Shown: piece after piece, positions 1-10,048 of the stretch
How positions within the stretch are numbered: the first letter of the stretch is position 1
Layout: each line of letters starts with the position of its first letter
Assembly: GCA_014251975.1 (NCBI GenBank)
Contig: CP059204.1
Coordinates: 150,001-182,000, forward strand
Direction: 5' to 3'
Length of the DNA stretch: 32,000 nucleotides
Source: Blattabacterium cuenoti
GTDB taxonomy: Bacteria > Bacteroidota > Bacteroidia > Flavobacteriales > Blattabacteriaceae
Translations under genes and position numbers: made by a program
The notes under the pieces: model-generated
Databases searched by the model: none
What the model was told of the DNA's origin: nothing
What the model saw: only the letters and a program-made list of their open reading frames with translations

Positions 1-462
1 AGATATAAAAATAAAAGTAAAAGTAGACAATACTTCACTAAAAAAATTATGTAATTTATTTTTTATAGAAGGTGAAGTAGAAAAGATAGATAGTTTAATT
101 TGTTTACTATCTGTTTCATGAAAATAATCTTTATACAATAACCATACCATGATAGATCCTAACATAGATCCTAAAAATTGAGAAGTAATATAAAAAGGGA
201 CTATATTCCAAGGAATTTTACCAATCATAGCATAACTTATAGTAACACATGGATTTAAATGTGCACCACTATAAGGATAAGCTACTAAAACTCCCATAAA
301 TACGGCTAATGCCCAACCAAAGCTAATAGTTAACCACCCTATACTTGTATCATTATTTTTATTACTACATTTTGTTTTAGACAAAAGTACATTTGCTACC
401 ACACTATTTCCTAAAAATACTAAAATAGTTGTTCCTAAAAATTCTGCATATATTTGTTTCAT
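1..462 (-). CDS. glpF: MIP-family channel, glycerol uptake facilitator-like (N-terminal part; the C-terminus lies outside the window)
   Basis: Absent from the ORF track because it runs off the window edge. Reverse-strand ATG at 462-460, with an open frame down to base 1. My translation is MKQIYAEFLGTTILVFLGNSVVANVLL...ISFGWALAVFMGVLVAYPYSGAHLNPCVTISYAMIGK. This matches the first half of aquaglyceroporins (EFLGT, SGAHLNPxVT). It lies directly upstream of glpK-glpD on the same strand. Confidence 0.8.
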   Translation of the reverse strand, partial: MKQIYAEFLGTTILVFLGNSVVANVLLSKTKCSNKNNDTSIGWLTISFGWALAVFMGVLVAYPYSGAHLNPCVTISYAMIGKIPWNIVPFYITSQFLGSMLGSIMVWLLYKDYFHETDSKQIKLSIFSTSPSIKNKLHNFFSEVLSTFTFIFIS

Positions 463-497
463 TTTGTTTTTTTTATATTTATGTATATATATATTTA

Positions 498-1988
498 TTA
501 TTTAGACCAATAACGAGTTATTTTTATAGCTTTTTCCCATCCTTTTATCATTTTTTTTCTATTAACTATTTTTTTAGGTGTAAAAACAATTTTTTTTAAT
601 TTCCATTTATTTTTAATTTCTTCCAAACTATTCCAATAATTAACTGCTAATCCTGATAAATATGCTGCACCAGCAGCTGTTAATTCAGAAATTTTAGGTT
701 TAACTACTTGAACATTTAAAATATCTGATTGAAATTGCATTAATAATTTATTAACAGTAGCGCCACCATCTACTCTTAATTCTTTTATTGATATTCCAGA
801 ATCTGCTTCCATAGCTTTAAGAACATCCATATTTTGAAATGCAATGCTTTCTAGAGCAGCTCTAGCAAAATGAGAGGATGTAGTACCTCTTGTTATCCCA
901 ACAATTATTCCTCTTGCTTTTTGGTCCCAATAAGGTGCTCCTAATCCAGAAAAAGCTGGTACTATATATAAGCCCTCAGTATCAATAACTGTATTAGCTA
1001 ATGTCTCTGCAGCATTAGCAGATTGAATAATTTCTAAACCATCTCTTAACCATTGTATAACTGCTCCAGCAATAAATACACTACCTTCTAATGCATATTG
1101 AATTTTATCTTTTATTTTCCACGCTACAGTAGTAATTAAATTATTTCTAGAAGAAACTGGATGGTCTCCAACGTTCATCAACATAAAACACCCCGTACCG
1201 TAAGTATTTTTTACCATTCCTACTTTAGTACACATTTGACCAAAAAGTGCTGCCTGTTGATCGCCTGCAATACCAGATATTGGTATTTTATTAGATAATA
1301 TTTTACCAGTAGTATATCCAAATATTTCACTAGATGATTTTACTTCTGGTAGCATTGTCGTTGGTATATCAAATAATTTTATTAATTCATTATCCCAATC
1401 TAAAGTATTAATATTAAACAGCATAGTTCTAGAAGCATTAGTAACATCTGTTACATGTATTTTTTTACCTGTTAAATTCCATATTAACCATGAATCTATA
1501 GTACCGAAGGCTAAACTACCTGAATAAGCTTTTTTTCTAGCTCCTGGTATATTATCTAAGATCCATTTAATTTTAGTGGCAGAAAAATATGGATCTATTA
1601 TTAATCCAGTTTTTTTTCTAATCATACTAGTCAATCCTTCTTTTTTTATTTTATCACAAAATTTAGTAGTTCTTCTATCTTGCCATACAATAGCATTAAA
1701 TATAGGTATACCAGTTTTTTTGTCCCATATTACAGTAGTTTCTCTTTGATTAGTAATTCCTATAGAAATAATATTATCACCTTCTAAATTAGCTTTACAA
1801 ATTACTTCTAAAGCAACTGATGCTTGTGTAGACCATATTTCTTCAGCATTATGTTCTACCCAACCAGGATAAGGATATATTTGGGTAAACTCTCTTTGAG
1901 ATACAGAAATTATATTTCCAATTTTATCAAAAAGTATAGCTCTAGAACTAGTAGTCCCTTGATCTAATGACAGAACATATTTTTTCAT
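498..1988 (-). CDS. glpK: glycerol kinase
   Basis: The ORF 498-2024 carries FGGY-kinase N-terminal motifs ([38 protein letters not shown]). I prefer the internal ATG at 1988 ([13 protein letters not shown]), which matches the usual GlpK N-terminus. The ATG at 2024 would overlap the glpD stop by 8 nt. Confidence 0.9.
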   Translation of the reverse strand: MKKYVLSLDQGTTSSRAILFDKIGNIISVSQREFTQIYPYPGWVEHNAEEIWSTQASVALEVICKANLEGDNIISIGITNQRETTVIWDKKTGIPIFNAIVWQDRRTTKFCDKIKKEGLTSMIRKKTGLIIDPYFSATKIKWILDNIPGARKKAYSGSLAFGTIDSWLIWNLTGKKIHVTDVTNASRTMLFNINTLDWDNELIKLFDIPTTMLPEVKSSSEIFGYTTGKILSNKIPISGIAGDQQAALFGQMCTKVGMVKNTYGTGCFMLMNVGDHPVSSRNNLITTVAWKIKDKIQYALEGSVFIAGAVIQWLRDGLEIIQSANAAETLANTVIDTEGLYIVPAFSGLGAPYWDQKARGIIVGITRGTTSSHFARAALESIAFQNMDVLKAMEADSGISIKELRVDGGATVNKLLMQFQSDILNVQVVKPKISELTAAGAAYLSGLAVNYWNSLEEIKNKWKLKKIVFTPKKIVNRKKMIKGWEKAIKITRYWSK

Positions 1989-2016
1989 AACAAATAAATT
2001 GCAACTATTGTATCCC

Positions 2017-3615
2017 TTATTCATTATCCAATTTTTTTGGATAATAATATTTCATTGCCAATTTTTTAAAAGAATCTACTTGTGATTCTACCCAATTATT
2101 ATTACGAGATAGTTCTTTTGCCATTAATTTTGCTACATTAGTAGATATTTCTATTGATTTTCTAGCATTTAAGAATAATAATCGAAATCTTCTTGCTAAA
2201 ACATCTTCAACAGTTCTAGCCATTTCATAACGTACCATCCATATTACTTCCGCTTCAGAATAATGAAATATATTATCTTTTGAAAACAAAGATCTTTTTA
2301 ATAAAGGATTATCATTTATTAAACCTTTTATATAAAATTTATCTTCTCCATATTTATTCCAGTAAGAATTATCTGTATCAAATAAAACATTAGATCCACA
2401 AATTTTAATATTTTTTGTTATAGAAGGCTTTTTTTCTAATCTACCTATAATTATAGCTCTATCAATAGTATCTTCGGCCATTTTCCTATATGTAGTCCAT
2501 TTCCCACCTATAATACTTATTAATCCAGAAGTATTTATTATTAATTTATGCGATCTAGGTATATCCTTAGTATCTAATAAATTTTTGTTGTTTGTAAAAA
2601 GAGGACGTAACCCTGAAAAAGCACTCAATATATCGCTTTTTTTAGGTTTTGGTATAAAATACTTTCTAAAAGTTTTTATAAGGAATTCTATTTCACTATC
2701 AAATGGGACAGGATCTATAATGCTTTTTTTTACATAAGTATCTGTAGTACCAATTAAAATATGATCATACCAAGGAATACAAAAAAGTACTCTTCCATCT
2801 GAAGTTTTTGGTATTACTATAGCATTTTTACTTCTAAAAAAAGATTTATCCAAAACTATATGTGTCCCTTGACTCGGTCTTATTGGTTGTGAATTATCAT
2901 TATCCATTTTTAAAATAGATTCTGAAAATACACCTGTAGCATTAATAACTGTTTTAGAAAAAATAGAATATTTTTTTTTAGTTTCAATATCACATGCTAT
3001 TACACCTGATATTTTTCCACTTTTTTTTATTAAAGATTTAACTTTAAAATAGTTTAAAACAAAACATCCATATTGGACACAAGTTTGTGCTAAATTAATA
3101 GATAATCTAGAATCATCAAATTGTCCATCGTAATATAAAACACCTCCTTTTAATTTGCTTGATTTTAATTCAGGAAATTCTTTAATAATATCGTTTCTAG
3201 ATAAAAATTTTGATTCTCCAAAACTCAATGATCCAGATAACCATTCATATAATTTTAAACCTATCCAATACCAAACACCTAAATGCCATTCAAATATTGG
3301 AATAATAAATTTTTGTTTTTTTACTAAATGTGCAGCATTATTTAATAAATAACCTCTTTCTTTTAAAGCTTCATAAACTAATTTTATATTTCCTTGAGCT
3401 AAATATCTTATACCACCATGTACTAATTTAGTACTTCTACTAGAGGTTCCTTTAGAAAAATCTGATTGTTCTAAAAGTATAGTTTTATAACCTCTAGATG
3501 AAGAATCTAATGCTATACCTAATCCAGTTGCACCACCACCAATAACAACTACATCCCAAATATTCACATGTTTTAATTCATTTATAAATTTGTTTCTATT
3601 TAGAAAATATTGCAT
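2017..3615 (-). CDS. glpD: FAD-dependent glycerol-3-phosphate dehydrogenase
   Basis: 532 aa. FAD fold [17 protein letters not shown], followed by the GlpD signature [21 protein letters not shown]. Confidence 0.9.
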   Translation of the reverse strand: MQYFLNRNKFINELKHVNIWDVVVIGGGATGLGIALDSSSRGYKTILLEQSDFSKGTSSRSTKLVHGGIRYLAQGNIKLVYEALKERGYLLNNAAHLVKKQKFIIPIFEWHLGVWYWIGLKLYEWLSGSLSFGESKFLSRNDIIKEFPELKSSKLKGGVLYYDGQFDDSRLSINLAQTCVQYGCFVLNYFKVKSLIKKSGKISGVIACDIETKKKYSIFSKTVINATGVFSESILKMDNDNSQPIRPSQGTHIVLDKSFFRSKNAIVIPKTSDGRVLFCIPWYDHILIGTTDTYVKKSIIDPVPFDSEIEFLIKTFRKYFIPKPKKSDILSAFSGLRPLFTNNKNLLDTKDIPRSHKLIINTSGLISIIGGKWTTYRKMAEDTIDRAIIIGRLEKKPSITKNIKICGSNVLFDTDNSYWNKYGEDKFYIKGLINDNPLLKRSLFSKDNIFHYSEAEVIWMVRYEMARTVEDVLARRFRLLFLNARKSIEISTNVAKLMAKELSRNNNWVESQVDSFKKLAMKYYYPKKLDNE

Positions 3616-3731
3616 AGTTAAAATTAAAATGGTAGATCAATTATTGAAAAAAAATTAAAGAACAAAGTTAAAAATAAAAAATATTTTTAATAAAATAAAA
3701 TTTTGATTAAAATTAATTTTTTTATTTATTT

Positions 3732-5075
3732 TCATTTTTTATTTTTTTTATTAATCATTTCTAATAATAAATCTTTTATAGTATTTCTACCTAAATTATT
3801 ATTTATATGCTTCATTATTTTTCTCATTTGGTTAAAATGTTTTATAAATAAATTTATATCATTTAATGAATTTCCAGAACCATTAGAAATTCTTTTTTTT
3901 CTATTTTCATTTTGTAATATTTTAGGATTATATCTTTCATAAGGCGTCATAGAATAAATAATAGATTCTATTTTTTTAAAAGAATTTTTATTTTTATCTA
4001 TAAAAGATAATTTATCCATACCAGGGATCATAGAAATAATATGTTTAATGTTACCTATTTTTTCAACTCTTTTAATTTGATCTAAAAGATCATAAAAATT
4101 AAATTGATTTTTTGATATTTTTTTATAAATTTTTTTAGCCCTACTTTCATTAAATTGTTCTTGAATTTTTTCAACAAAAGTGACTACATCTCCCATCCCC
4201 AAAATTCTATTTGCTATTCTATCTGGATAAAAAATTTCTATGTCTTGTATTTTTTCTCCATAACTAATAAATTTAATTGGTTTATTAATTATACTAGAAA
4301 TAGTAATAGATGAACCTGCCTTACTATCTCCATCTAGTTTAGTCATAACAATCCCATCAAATTTTAATGTTTTTGAAAATAATTTAGCTGTATTAATAGC
4401 ATCTTGCCCAGTCATAGAATCAGCAACTAATAAAGTCTCATGTGGGTTAAAATTAATACTAATTTTATTTAATTCCATCATCATAATTTTATCAATTGAC
4501 AGCCTACCAGCTGTATCAATAATTATAGGATCAAATTTTTTTTTAGAAGAAAAAATAATAGATTTATCAATTATATCTATAACATCTTTATTATTTTCCA
4601 AATAGAAAATAGGAATATTGACTTTTTTAGAAATATCATTTAATTGCTTTATTGCAGCAGGTCTATAAATATCTGCTGCTACTAAAAGAGGTGATTTACC
4701 CTTTTTTTTCATAAAAAAAGCTAATTTAGAAGAAAAAGTAGTTTTACCGCTTCCTTGTAATCCACATATTAAAATAATAGTAGGATTACCAGACATATTT
4801 ATATCTGTTTTTTTACCTCCCATTAATTTAACTAATTCATCATGCACTAATTTAATTATAACTTGTTTAGCATTTAAAGGATCTAATATTTTTTTACCAA
4901 TAGATTTTTTTTTAACATTTTTAATTAAATTAAAAACAATATTATGATTAACATCAGAATCTATAAGAGCTTTACCTATCTCTTTTAATACAATAGAAGT
5001 ATCTATTTCAGTAACATTTTTACTCTTAAAAAGAAAAAATGCTTTTTTAATATTTTCTTTTAACGTTTTAAACAT
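3732..5075 (-). CDS. ffh: signal recognition particle protein Ffh
   Basis: 447 aa. SRP54 N and G domains (GLQGSGKTTFSSKLA, DTAGRL, TKLDGDSKAGSS) and a Met-rich M domain (IPGM). Confidence 0.93.
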   Translation of the reverse strand: MFKTLKENIKKAFFLFKSKNVTEIDTSIVLKEIGKALIDSDVNHNIVFNLIKNVKKKSIGKKILDPLNAKQVIIKLVHDELVKLMGGKKTDINMSGNPTIILICGLQGSGKTTFSSKLAFFMKKKGKSPLLVAADIYRPAAIKQLNDISKKVNIPIFYLENNKDVIDIIDKSIIFSSKKKFDPIIIDTAGRLSIDKIMMMELNKISINFNPHETLLVADSMTGQDAINTAKLFSKTLKFDGIVMTKLDGDSKAGSSITISSIINKPIKFISYGEKIQDIEIFYPDRIANRILGMGDVVTFVEKIQEQFNESRAKKIYKKISKNQFNFYDLLDQIKRVEKIGNIKHIISMIPGMDKLSFIDKNKNSFKKIESIIYSMTPYERYNPKILQNENRKKRISNGSGNSLNDINLFIKHFNQMRKIMKHINNNLGRNTIKDLLLEMINKKNKK

Positions 5076-5083
5076 ATTATAAA

Positions 5084-6835
5084 CTACATTTTATTCATCA
5101 TTTTTATTCCTAATAAATTCATTCCATTTTTTAAAATATTACCTGTAATATGAATAATATTCATATAATTATTACTTTTAATAGGGGTAAATGGATCTAT
5201 TAATTTTTTGTTTTGATAAAGATTATTAAATTTTTTTGATACTTCATAAATATAATTTGCTAATATAGATGGATTTAAATTTTTAGCTGATTTTTTTAAT
5301 ATAAAAGGATATTTTTTTATAATTTTAATTATATTTTTTCCATATATATTATCCCATATAATAGAATGTGAAAGATTATAATTGTCAGTAATATTACATT
5401 CTTCAAAAAATTTTGTTTCTAATGATCTAATTCTGGAATAAGTATATTGTATATATATACCAGTTTTACCTTTAAAATCGATTGATTTTTCTGGATAAAA
5501 AACAATTTTTTTTGAAGGATCTACTTTAAGAAAGTAATACTTTAATGCACTTAATCCAATTGTTTTGCAATAATTATTATAATCTTTGCATTGTACTTTT
5601 AATTTTTTTTTTGCCATATTTATCATTTGATAAATTAAATCATCTGCACTAATTACTTGTCCTTCCCTAGACTTCATTTTACCACTTGATAAAAACACCA
5701 TTTCATATGATAAATGATATATTTTACTAACCCATATACATCCAAGTCGTTTTAAAATAGTAAATAGAATTTTAAAATAATCATTTTGTTCTTTACCAAC
5801 TATATATATTAAATTATCTATTTTATATTTATTAAATCTATTTATAGCAGTACCTATATCTTGCGTTATATAAACAGAAGTTTTGTCAGATCTTAATAAT
5901 AATTTGTTATTAAATCCTTCATTTTTTAAGTCGATCCAAATAGATCCATCTTTTTTTTTAAAAAAAATACCATTTTTTAATCCATTTTCTATTATTTTTT
6001 TACCAAAATTATAAATATCACTTTCATATTCAGTTTTATCAAAACTTATATCAAGTTCATTATAAGTTTTTTTAAATCCATTATAAACCCATTTATTCAT
6101 CATTTTCCATATTTTTATGGTTTCTTTATCACCATCTTCCCATTTTTTTAACAGTATTCTGGCTTTTTTTAATATTGGAGCTTCTTTCCCATTAATAGAT
6201 TTTTTTTTTATTTCTTTATCATATATTAAATGAAACATTTTATAAAATCTTCCTACGAAGTGATCTCCTTTTTCTTTTGTTTTTATTGGTGTATTTCTTA
6301 TTCCAAATTCTTTCCAAGCTATCATAGATTTACATATATGTATTCCTCTATCATTAATCATTTGTATTTTCATTATATTATTCCCGACTGAACTTAATAT
6401 TCTTGAAATGGAATCTCCAATTAAAATATTTCTTATATGGCCTATGTGAAGTGGTTTATTAGCATTAGGTGATGAAAATTCTATTAAAATATTTTTAGAA
6501 GAAAAATTTAATTTATAAAAATTTGGATTTAACATATTTTTTAACAAAAAAATATAATATCCATCTAAAAAAATAAAATTTAAAAACCCATTAATAATGT
6601 AATATTTAATTAATCCATTAAAATAATTGGTTAAATAATTCCCAATATTTTCCCCTATTTCTTTAATAGGTTTTTTAATATTTTTAGATAAAGAAAATAA
6701 AACTAGTGTTATATCACCTGGATAACTTTTTTTTTTATATTGAAAATTTAGTTTAAAATTATAATTTATTTTATATAAATCATATAAACATTTTTTAGTA
6801 ATTTTTTCTATAGATTTTAAATAATATTTACTCAT
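5084..6835 (-). CDS. argS: arginine--tRNA ligase
   Basis: 583 aa. Class I HIGH motif (PNANKPLHIGHIRN). Overall ArgS architecture, with a DALR-type C-terminus ending in M. Confidence 0.9.
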   Translation of the reverse strand: MSKYYLKSIEKITKKCLYDLYKINYNFKLNFQYKKKSYPGDITLVLFSLSKNIKKPIKEIGENIGNYLTNYFNGLIKYYIINGFLNFIFLDGYYIFLLKNMLNPNFYKLNFSSKNILIEFSSPNANKPLHIGHIRNILIGDSISRILSSVGNNIMKIQMINDRGIHICKSMIAWKEFGIRNTPIKTKEKGDHFVGRFYKMFHLIYDKEIKKKSINGKEAPILKKARILLKKWEDGDKETIKIWKMMNKWVYNGFKKTYNELDISFDKTEYESDIYNFGKKIIENGLKNGIFFKKKDGSIWIDLKNEGFNNKLLLRSDKTSVYITQDIGTAINRFNKYKIDNLIYIVGKEQNDYFKILFTILKRLGCIWVSKIYHLSYEMVFLSSGKMKSREGQVISADDLIYQMINMAKKKLKVQCKDYNNYCKTIGLSALKYYFLKVDPSKKIVFYPEKSIDFKGKTGIYIQYTYSRIRSLETKFFEECNITDNYNLSHSIIWDNIYGKNIIKIIKKYPFILKKSAKNLNPSILANYIYEVSKKFNNLYQNKKLIDPFTPIKSNNYMNIIHITGNILKNGMNLLGIKMMNKM

Positions 6836-8262
6836 ATACTCATATGATAAAAAAAAATCATAAACAAAAATACAATTATAATGTTTAAAAATTTTTTCTT
6901 AATAAAAATTTCCATTTAAATAGGAAATTATGATGCATTATTTTGTTATATATAATAATTTTATTATTAATTTAACATATAATCTTTTATTTAAATTATG
7001 GTAATTTTAAAAATTTTACTTCATAGCTAATTTTATTAAAAATACTTATAAATTTTTCTGTAAGATATTACAAAAAATTCTTGTAATTAATTTTTTTAAT
7101 GTAATTAATTTTTTTAAATTATTTATGTTTATATTCCTTTCTTACAACCTATATTTTTTTCTAAATAACACTTGTATAGAAGTAATTTAATTTAATAATT
7201 ATAAATTAGCTTTTAGGGATAATTTTTAGGTATAATTAATTTATTTCTTAATAAAGAAAATAAAATTCATTTAATTGTACCAGATAATTATATTTTTATA
7301 TGATATTTTTATATATAATATGTATAATATTTGATAATTTTTTTTTTACTAATTTAGTATGATAATAAAAATAATAATTTACAACATATGCTTTATTTAG
7401 TAAATACCAACTTACTTATGTAGAGCTACTATTTACTATTGTATTTTTTTAGTTAGTTTATCCTACTAAATTTTCACATGCTTTTCTATAAAAAAAGATG
7501 GTATAAAATAAAAAATAATAAAAAATTTCTAAACGTAATACTGATTTATTATTAATTATATTAAAATTATCTTTTTAACGAAATAAAAACACTTAGTTAG
7601 TTAGTATAGTATATTTATATCCTTATTATCAAATAAATACTTTTTAATTAAATTATTAATGAGGATAAAATAATATTTTTATAAAATGGTAAATTATAGT
7701 ATTTTTATAACGTTTTTAACGTTTTTAAATTCGGAACATAAAAAAAATATTATCTGAATAATTAATTCCAAAATATATTAAAATTTATTTTTTAATGTGA
7801 AGTTTTTATTATTTTAATATTCAGTATTATGTTTTTATTTAATATTTTATTTAAGTAATATTTATTTTTATGTAATAATTTTAGTAATTATGAATTTAAT
7901 TTTTTTATATTATATATGTTTTTTATATGTATATGTAAAATTTGTTATATAAAAAATTTAAAAATATTATAGTAATAAAATTATGTTAATTAAATAGTTT
8001 GAATACTAGCATATTAACGAATTAATACTAAATTTTATGATCATTACTTAATTAATTCACGTAAGAAAAATTACATAAAAAAAAATAATTAATATGTAAA
8101 ATCACTAAGTATAATTTTTTTTATTCATATTTTTTGTTAAGTTATTTTTTATTTATATAATAATTAATTAAATAGAAAAATATTTTTTATTAATTATAAT
8201 TATTTTTTCATTTATAATAAATTATAAAAATTTATTTATTAATTTTAATTCAAAAATAGTAT
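6836..8262. other. 1.4 kb hyper-AT non-coding spacer between divergent argS and ndk (unidentified; possibly fully eroded gene remnant)
   Basis: No ORF of 65 aa or more in any frame in the supplied track. By eye, G/C bases are about one in ten or fewer. My hand translation of the few G/C-containing patches on both strands gave no recognisable motif. Confidence 0.6.
7083..7118. repeat. tandem duplication of an 18-nt unit (GTAATTAATTTTTTTAAT / GTAATTAATTTTTTTAAA)
   Basis: Read directly. 7083-7100 and 7101-7118 are identical at 17 of 18 positions. The exact first unit also occurs at 15023-15040. Confidence 0.7.
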
Positions 8263-8703
8263 ATGTTATATAATATTTTTTTTGGTAAAGTTACTTTATC
8301 TATTATAAAACCTGATGCGGTAAAAAATAGATATGTTCTACATATAATTAGAAAAATAATAAATGAAAAATTTAAAATAATTGAATTAAAAATTATAAAA
8401 ATTTCTAAAAAGTTAGCATCAAAATTTTATAAAAAACATAGTGATAAATATTATTTTAATGAATTAACTAATTTTATGTCTTCTGGATTTATAATACCTA
8501 TGATTTTAAAAAAAAATAACGCAGTAAAAGATTTTAGAAAATTAATAGGTAATACAAATCCAAATATTGCAAAAAAAGGAACAATTAGGAGTTTATACGC
8601 AACTTCTATTGAAGAAAATGCTATTCATGGATCTGATAGTAATAATAATGCTATTAAAGAATGTATTTTTTTTTTCCCCACAGAAAATTTTTTAAAAAAA
8701 TAA
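8263..8703 (+). CDS. ndk: nucleoside diphosphate kinase
   Basis: 146 aa. Motifs SIIKPDAV, NPNIAKKGTIRSLYA and the catalytic His context NAIHGSDS. Confidence 0.9.
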   Translation: MLYNIFFGKVTLSIIKPDAVKNRYVLHIIRKIINEKFKIIELKIIKISKKLASKFYKKHSDKYYFNELTNFMSSGFIIPMILKKNNAVKDFRKLIGNTNPNIAKKGTIRSLYATSIEENAIHGSDSNNNAIKECIFFFPTENFLKK

Positions 8704-8710
8704 ATTTTTT

Positions 8711-9307
8711 ATGAGAAGAAACTACTTAAAAATTATATACTCTATAATATTTATTTTATCAATTTTTATTATATGGAGTATTAATATTTATAATAATTTA
8801 ATACAATTTAATGAAAAAACTAAAACGCAATGGGGTCAAGTAGAGAATGTATATCAAAGAAGATCTGATTTAATCCCAAATTTAGTAAATACTGTTAAAG
8901 GATCTGCTAATTTTGAGAAAGAAACATTAAATAAAATTATGGAAGCTAGAGCAAAAGCAACTTCTATTCAAATAAATGATTTAAATCAAAATCAAATAGA
9001 TAAATTTCAAAAAGTTCAAGATAATTTAAGTCATTCTATTGGTAGACTACTTCTAACTGTAGAAAATTATCCAGACTTAAAATCCCAACAAAATTTTTAC
9101 GAATTACAAAATCAATTGGAAGGTACTGAAAATAGAATTAGTGTAGAAAGAAATAGATATAACAAATATGTTAATTATTTTAATACTTATAGGAATCAAT
9201 TTCCTAGAATGATTGTTTCTAATTTATTCTCACAATTTGAAGAAAAAGGGTATTTTAAATCTAGACATGGATCAGAAATTACTCCAATAGTAAATTTTGC
9301 TACATGA
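8711..9307 (+). CDS. lemA: LemA family membrane protein
   Basis: 198 aa. N-terminal TM helix, then LemA-type sequence (YNNLIQFNEKTKTQWGQVENVYQRRSDLIPNLV...VENYPDLKSQQNFYELQNQLEGTENRISVERNRYN). Confidence 0.85.
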   Translation: MRRNYLKIIYSIIFILSIFIIWSINIYNNLIQFNEKTKTQWGQVENVYQRRSDLIPNLVNTVKGSANFEKETLNKIMEARAKATSIQINDLNQNQIDKFQKVQDNLSHSIGRLLLTVENYPDLKSQQNFYELQNQLEGTENRISVERNRYNKYVNYFNTYRNQFPRMIVSNLFSQFEEKGYFKSRHGSEITPIVNFAT

Positions 9308-9326
9308 AAAAAATATAAAAAGTTAT

Positions 9327-10043
9327 ATGAAAAAAATTGTTCTATTTTTTGTTGTAACGCTATTTTTGTTATCAACAGTAAAGAGTCAATTTTATATTCC
9401 TCCACAACCAAAAAAAATATACCCTGTTCAAGACTATACAGGAATTTTATCTATAGAAGAAAAAAATAAACTTAATAAAAAATTAATTTTTTTTTTTAAA
9501 AAAACTTCTATAGAAATTTTAGTTGCTATTATAAATAATACACATGGAGTAAATCCAAATTTTATTGCATATAAATGGGGTGAAAAATGGAAAATAGGTA
9601 AATTAAATGCTAATAATGGAGTAGTAATTTTACTATCTATAAATGATAAAAAAATATCCATACAAAATGGATATGGTATTGAACCATATCTTACTGATAT
9701 AATTTCAAAAAAAATTATAAATAATATTAAACCTGATCTAAAAAAACATTTGTATTACAAAGCAATTGATAATTGTACCTCCGATATATATAAGATATTA
9801 AATGGAAAATTTAATAATAAAAAAAATATTAAAAATAATTCATGGATTCAATATATTATATTAATGTTTTTTATTATAATTTTAATCTATATAAACAAAA
9901 ATTTTAAAAATTTGTCATTTTTAGAAACACTAATTTTAACAAATTTTTTATTCCACAAAAAAGATGATTATAATGAAGATGATTTTGATGGGTTTGAAGG
10001 AGGTGGAGATTTTGGAGGAGGAGGTAGCAATGATAATTGGTAA
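9327..10043 (+). CDS. TPM-domain (YgcG-like) membrane protein
   Basis: The track ORF starts at a TTG (9297) that overlaps lemA. The ATG at 9327 gives a clean signal peptide (MKKIVLFFVVTLFLLSTVKSQ). It is followed by a TPM-like domain (VQDYTGILS...EILVAIINN...NGVVILLSINDKKISIQNGYGIEP), a TM helix and a Gly-rich tail (GFEGGGDFGGGGSNDNW). Confidence 0.75.
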   Translation: MKKIVLFFVVTLFLLSTVKSQFYIPPQPKKIYPVQDYTGILSIEEKNKLNKKLIFFFKKTSIEILVAIINNTHGVNPNFIAYKWGEKWKIGKLNANNGVVILLSINDKKISIQNGYGIEPYLTDIISKKIINNIKPDLKKHLYYKAIDNCTSDIYKILNGKFNNKKNIKNNSWIQYIILMFFIIILIYINKNFKNLSFLETLILTNFLFHKKDDYNEDDFDGFEGGGDFGGGGSNDNW

Positions 10044-10048
10044 TAAAA

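Noticed and set aside
3155-3352. 65-aa ORF on the plus strand inside glpD
   Set aside because: It lies wholly antisense to a well-supported conserved CDS. It is low-complexity with no motif. Such ORFs are expected by chance in stop-poor antisense frames.
3703-3942. 79-aa Phe/Leu/Ile-rich ORF on the plus strand overlapping the ffh 3' end
   Set aside because: It is antisense to ffh. Its composition is simply the complement of Lys/Asn-rich coding sequence. There is no independent support.
7458-7466. DnaA-box-like 9-mer TTATCCTAC as evidence for oriC in the long spacer
   Set aside because: It is a single imperfect box in 1.4 kb of AT-rich DNA, which is expected by chance. No cluster of boxes is visible. 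It is kept only as a weak alternative hypothesis under the spacer finding.
7083-7726. Tandem repeats (7083-7118, 7709-7726) as a CRISPR array or minisatellite
   Set aside because: There are only two copies of each, with no spacers and no cas genes. The pattern is consistent with slippage duplications in unconstrained AT-rich DNA.
9196-9661. Two minus-strand ORFs (9196-9411 and 9434-9661) overlapping lemA and the TPM gene
   Set aside because: They are antisense to better-supported genes, with no recognisable domains.
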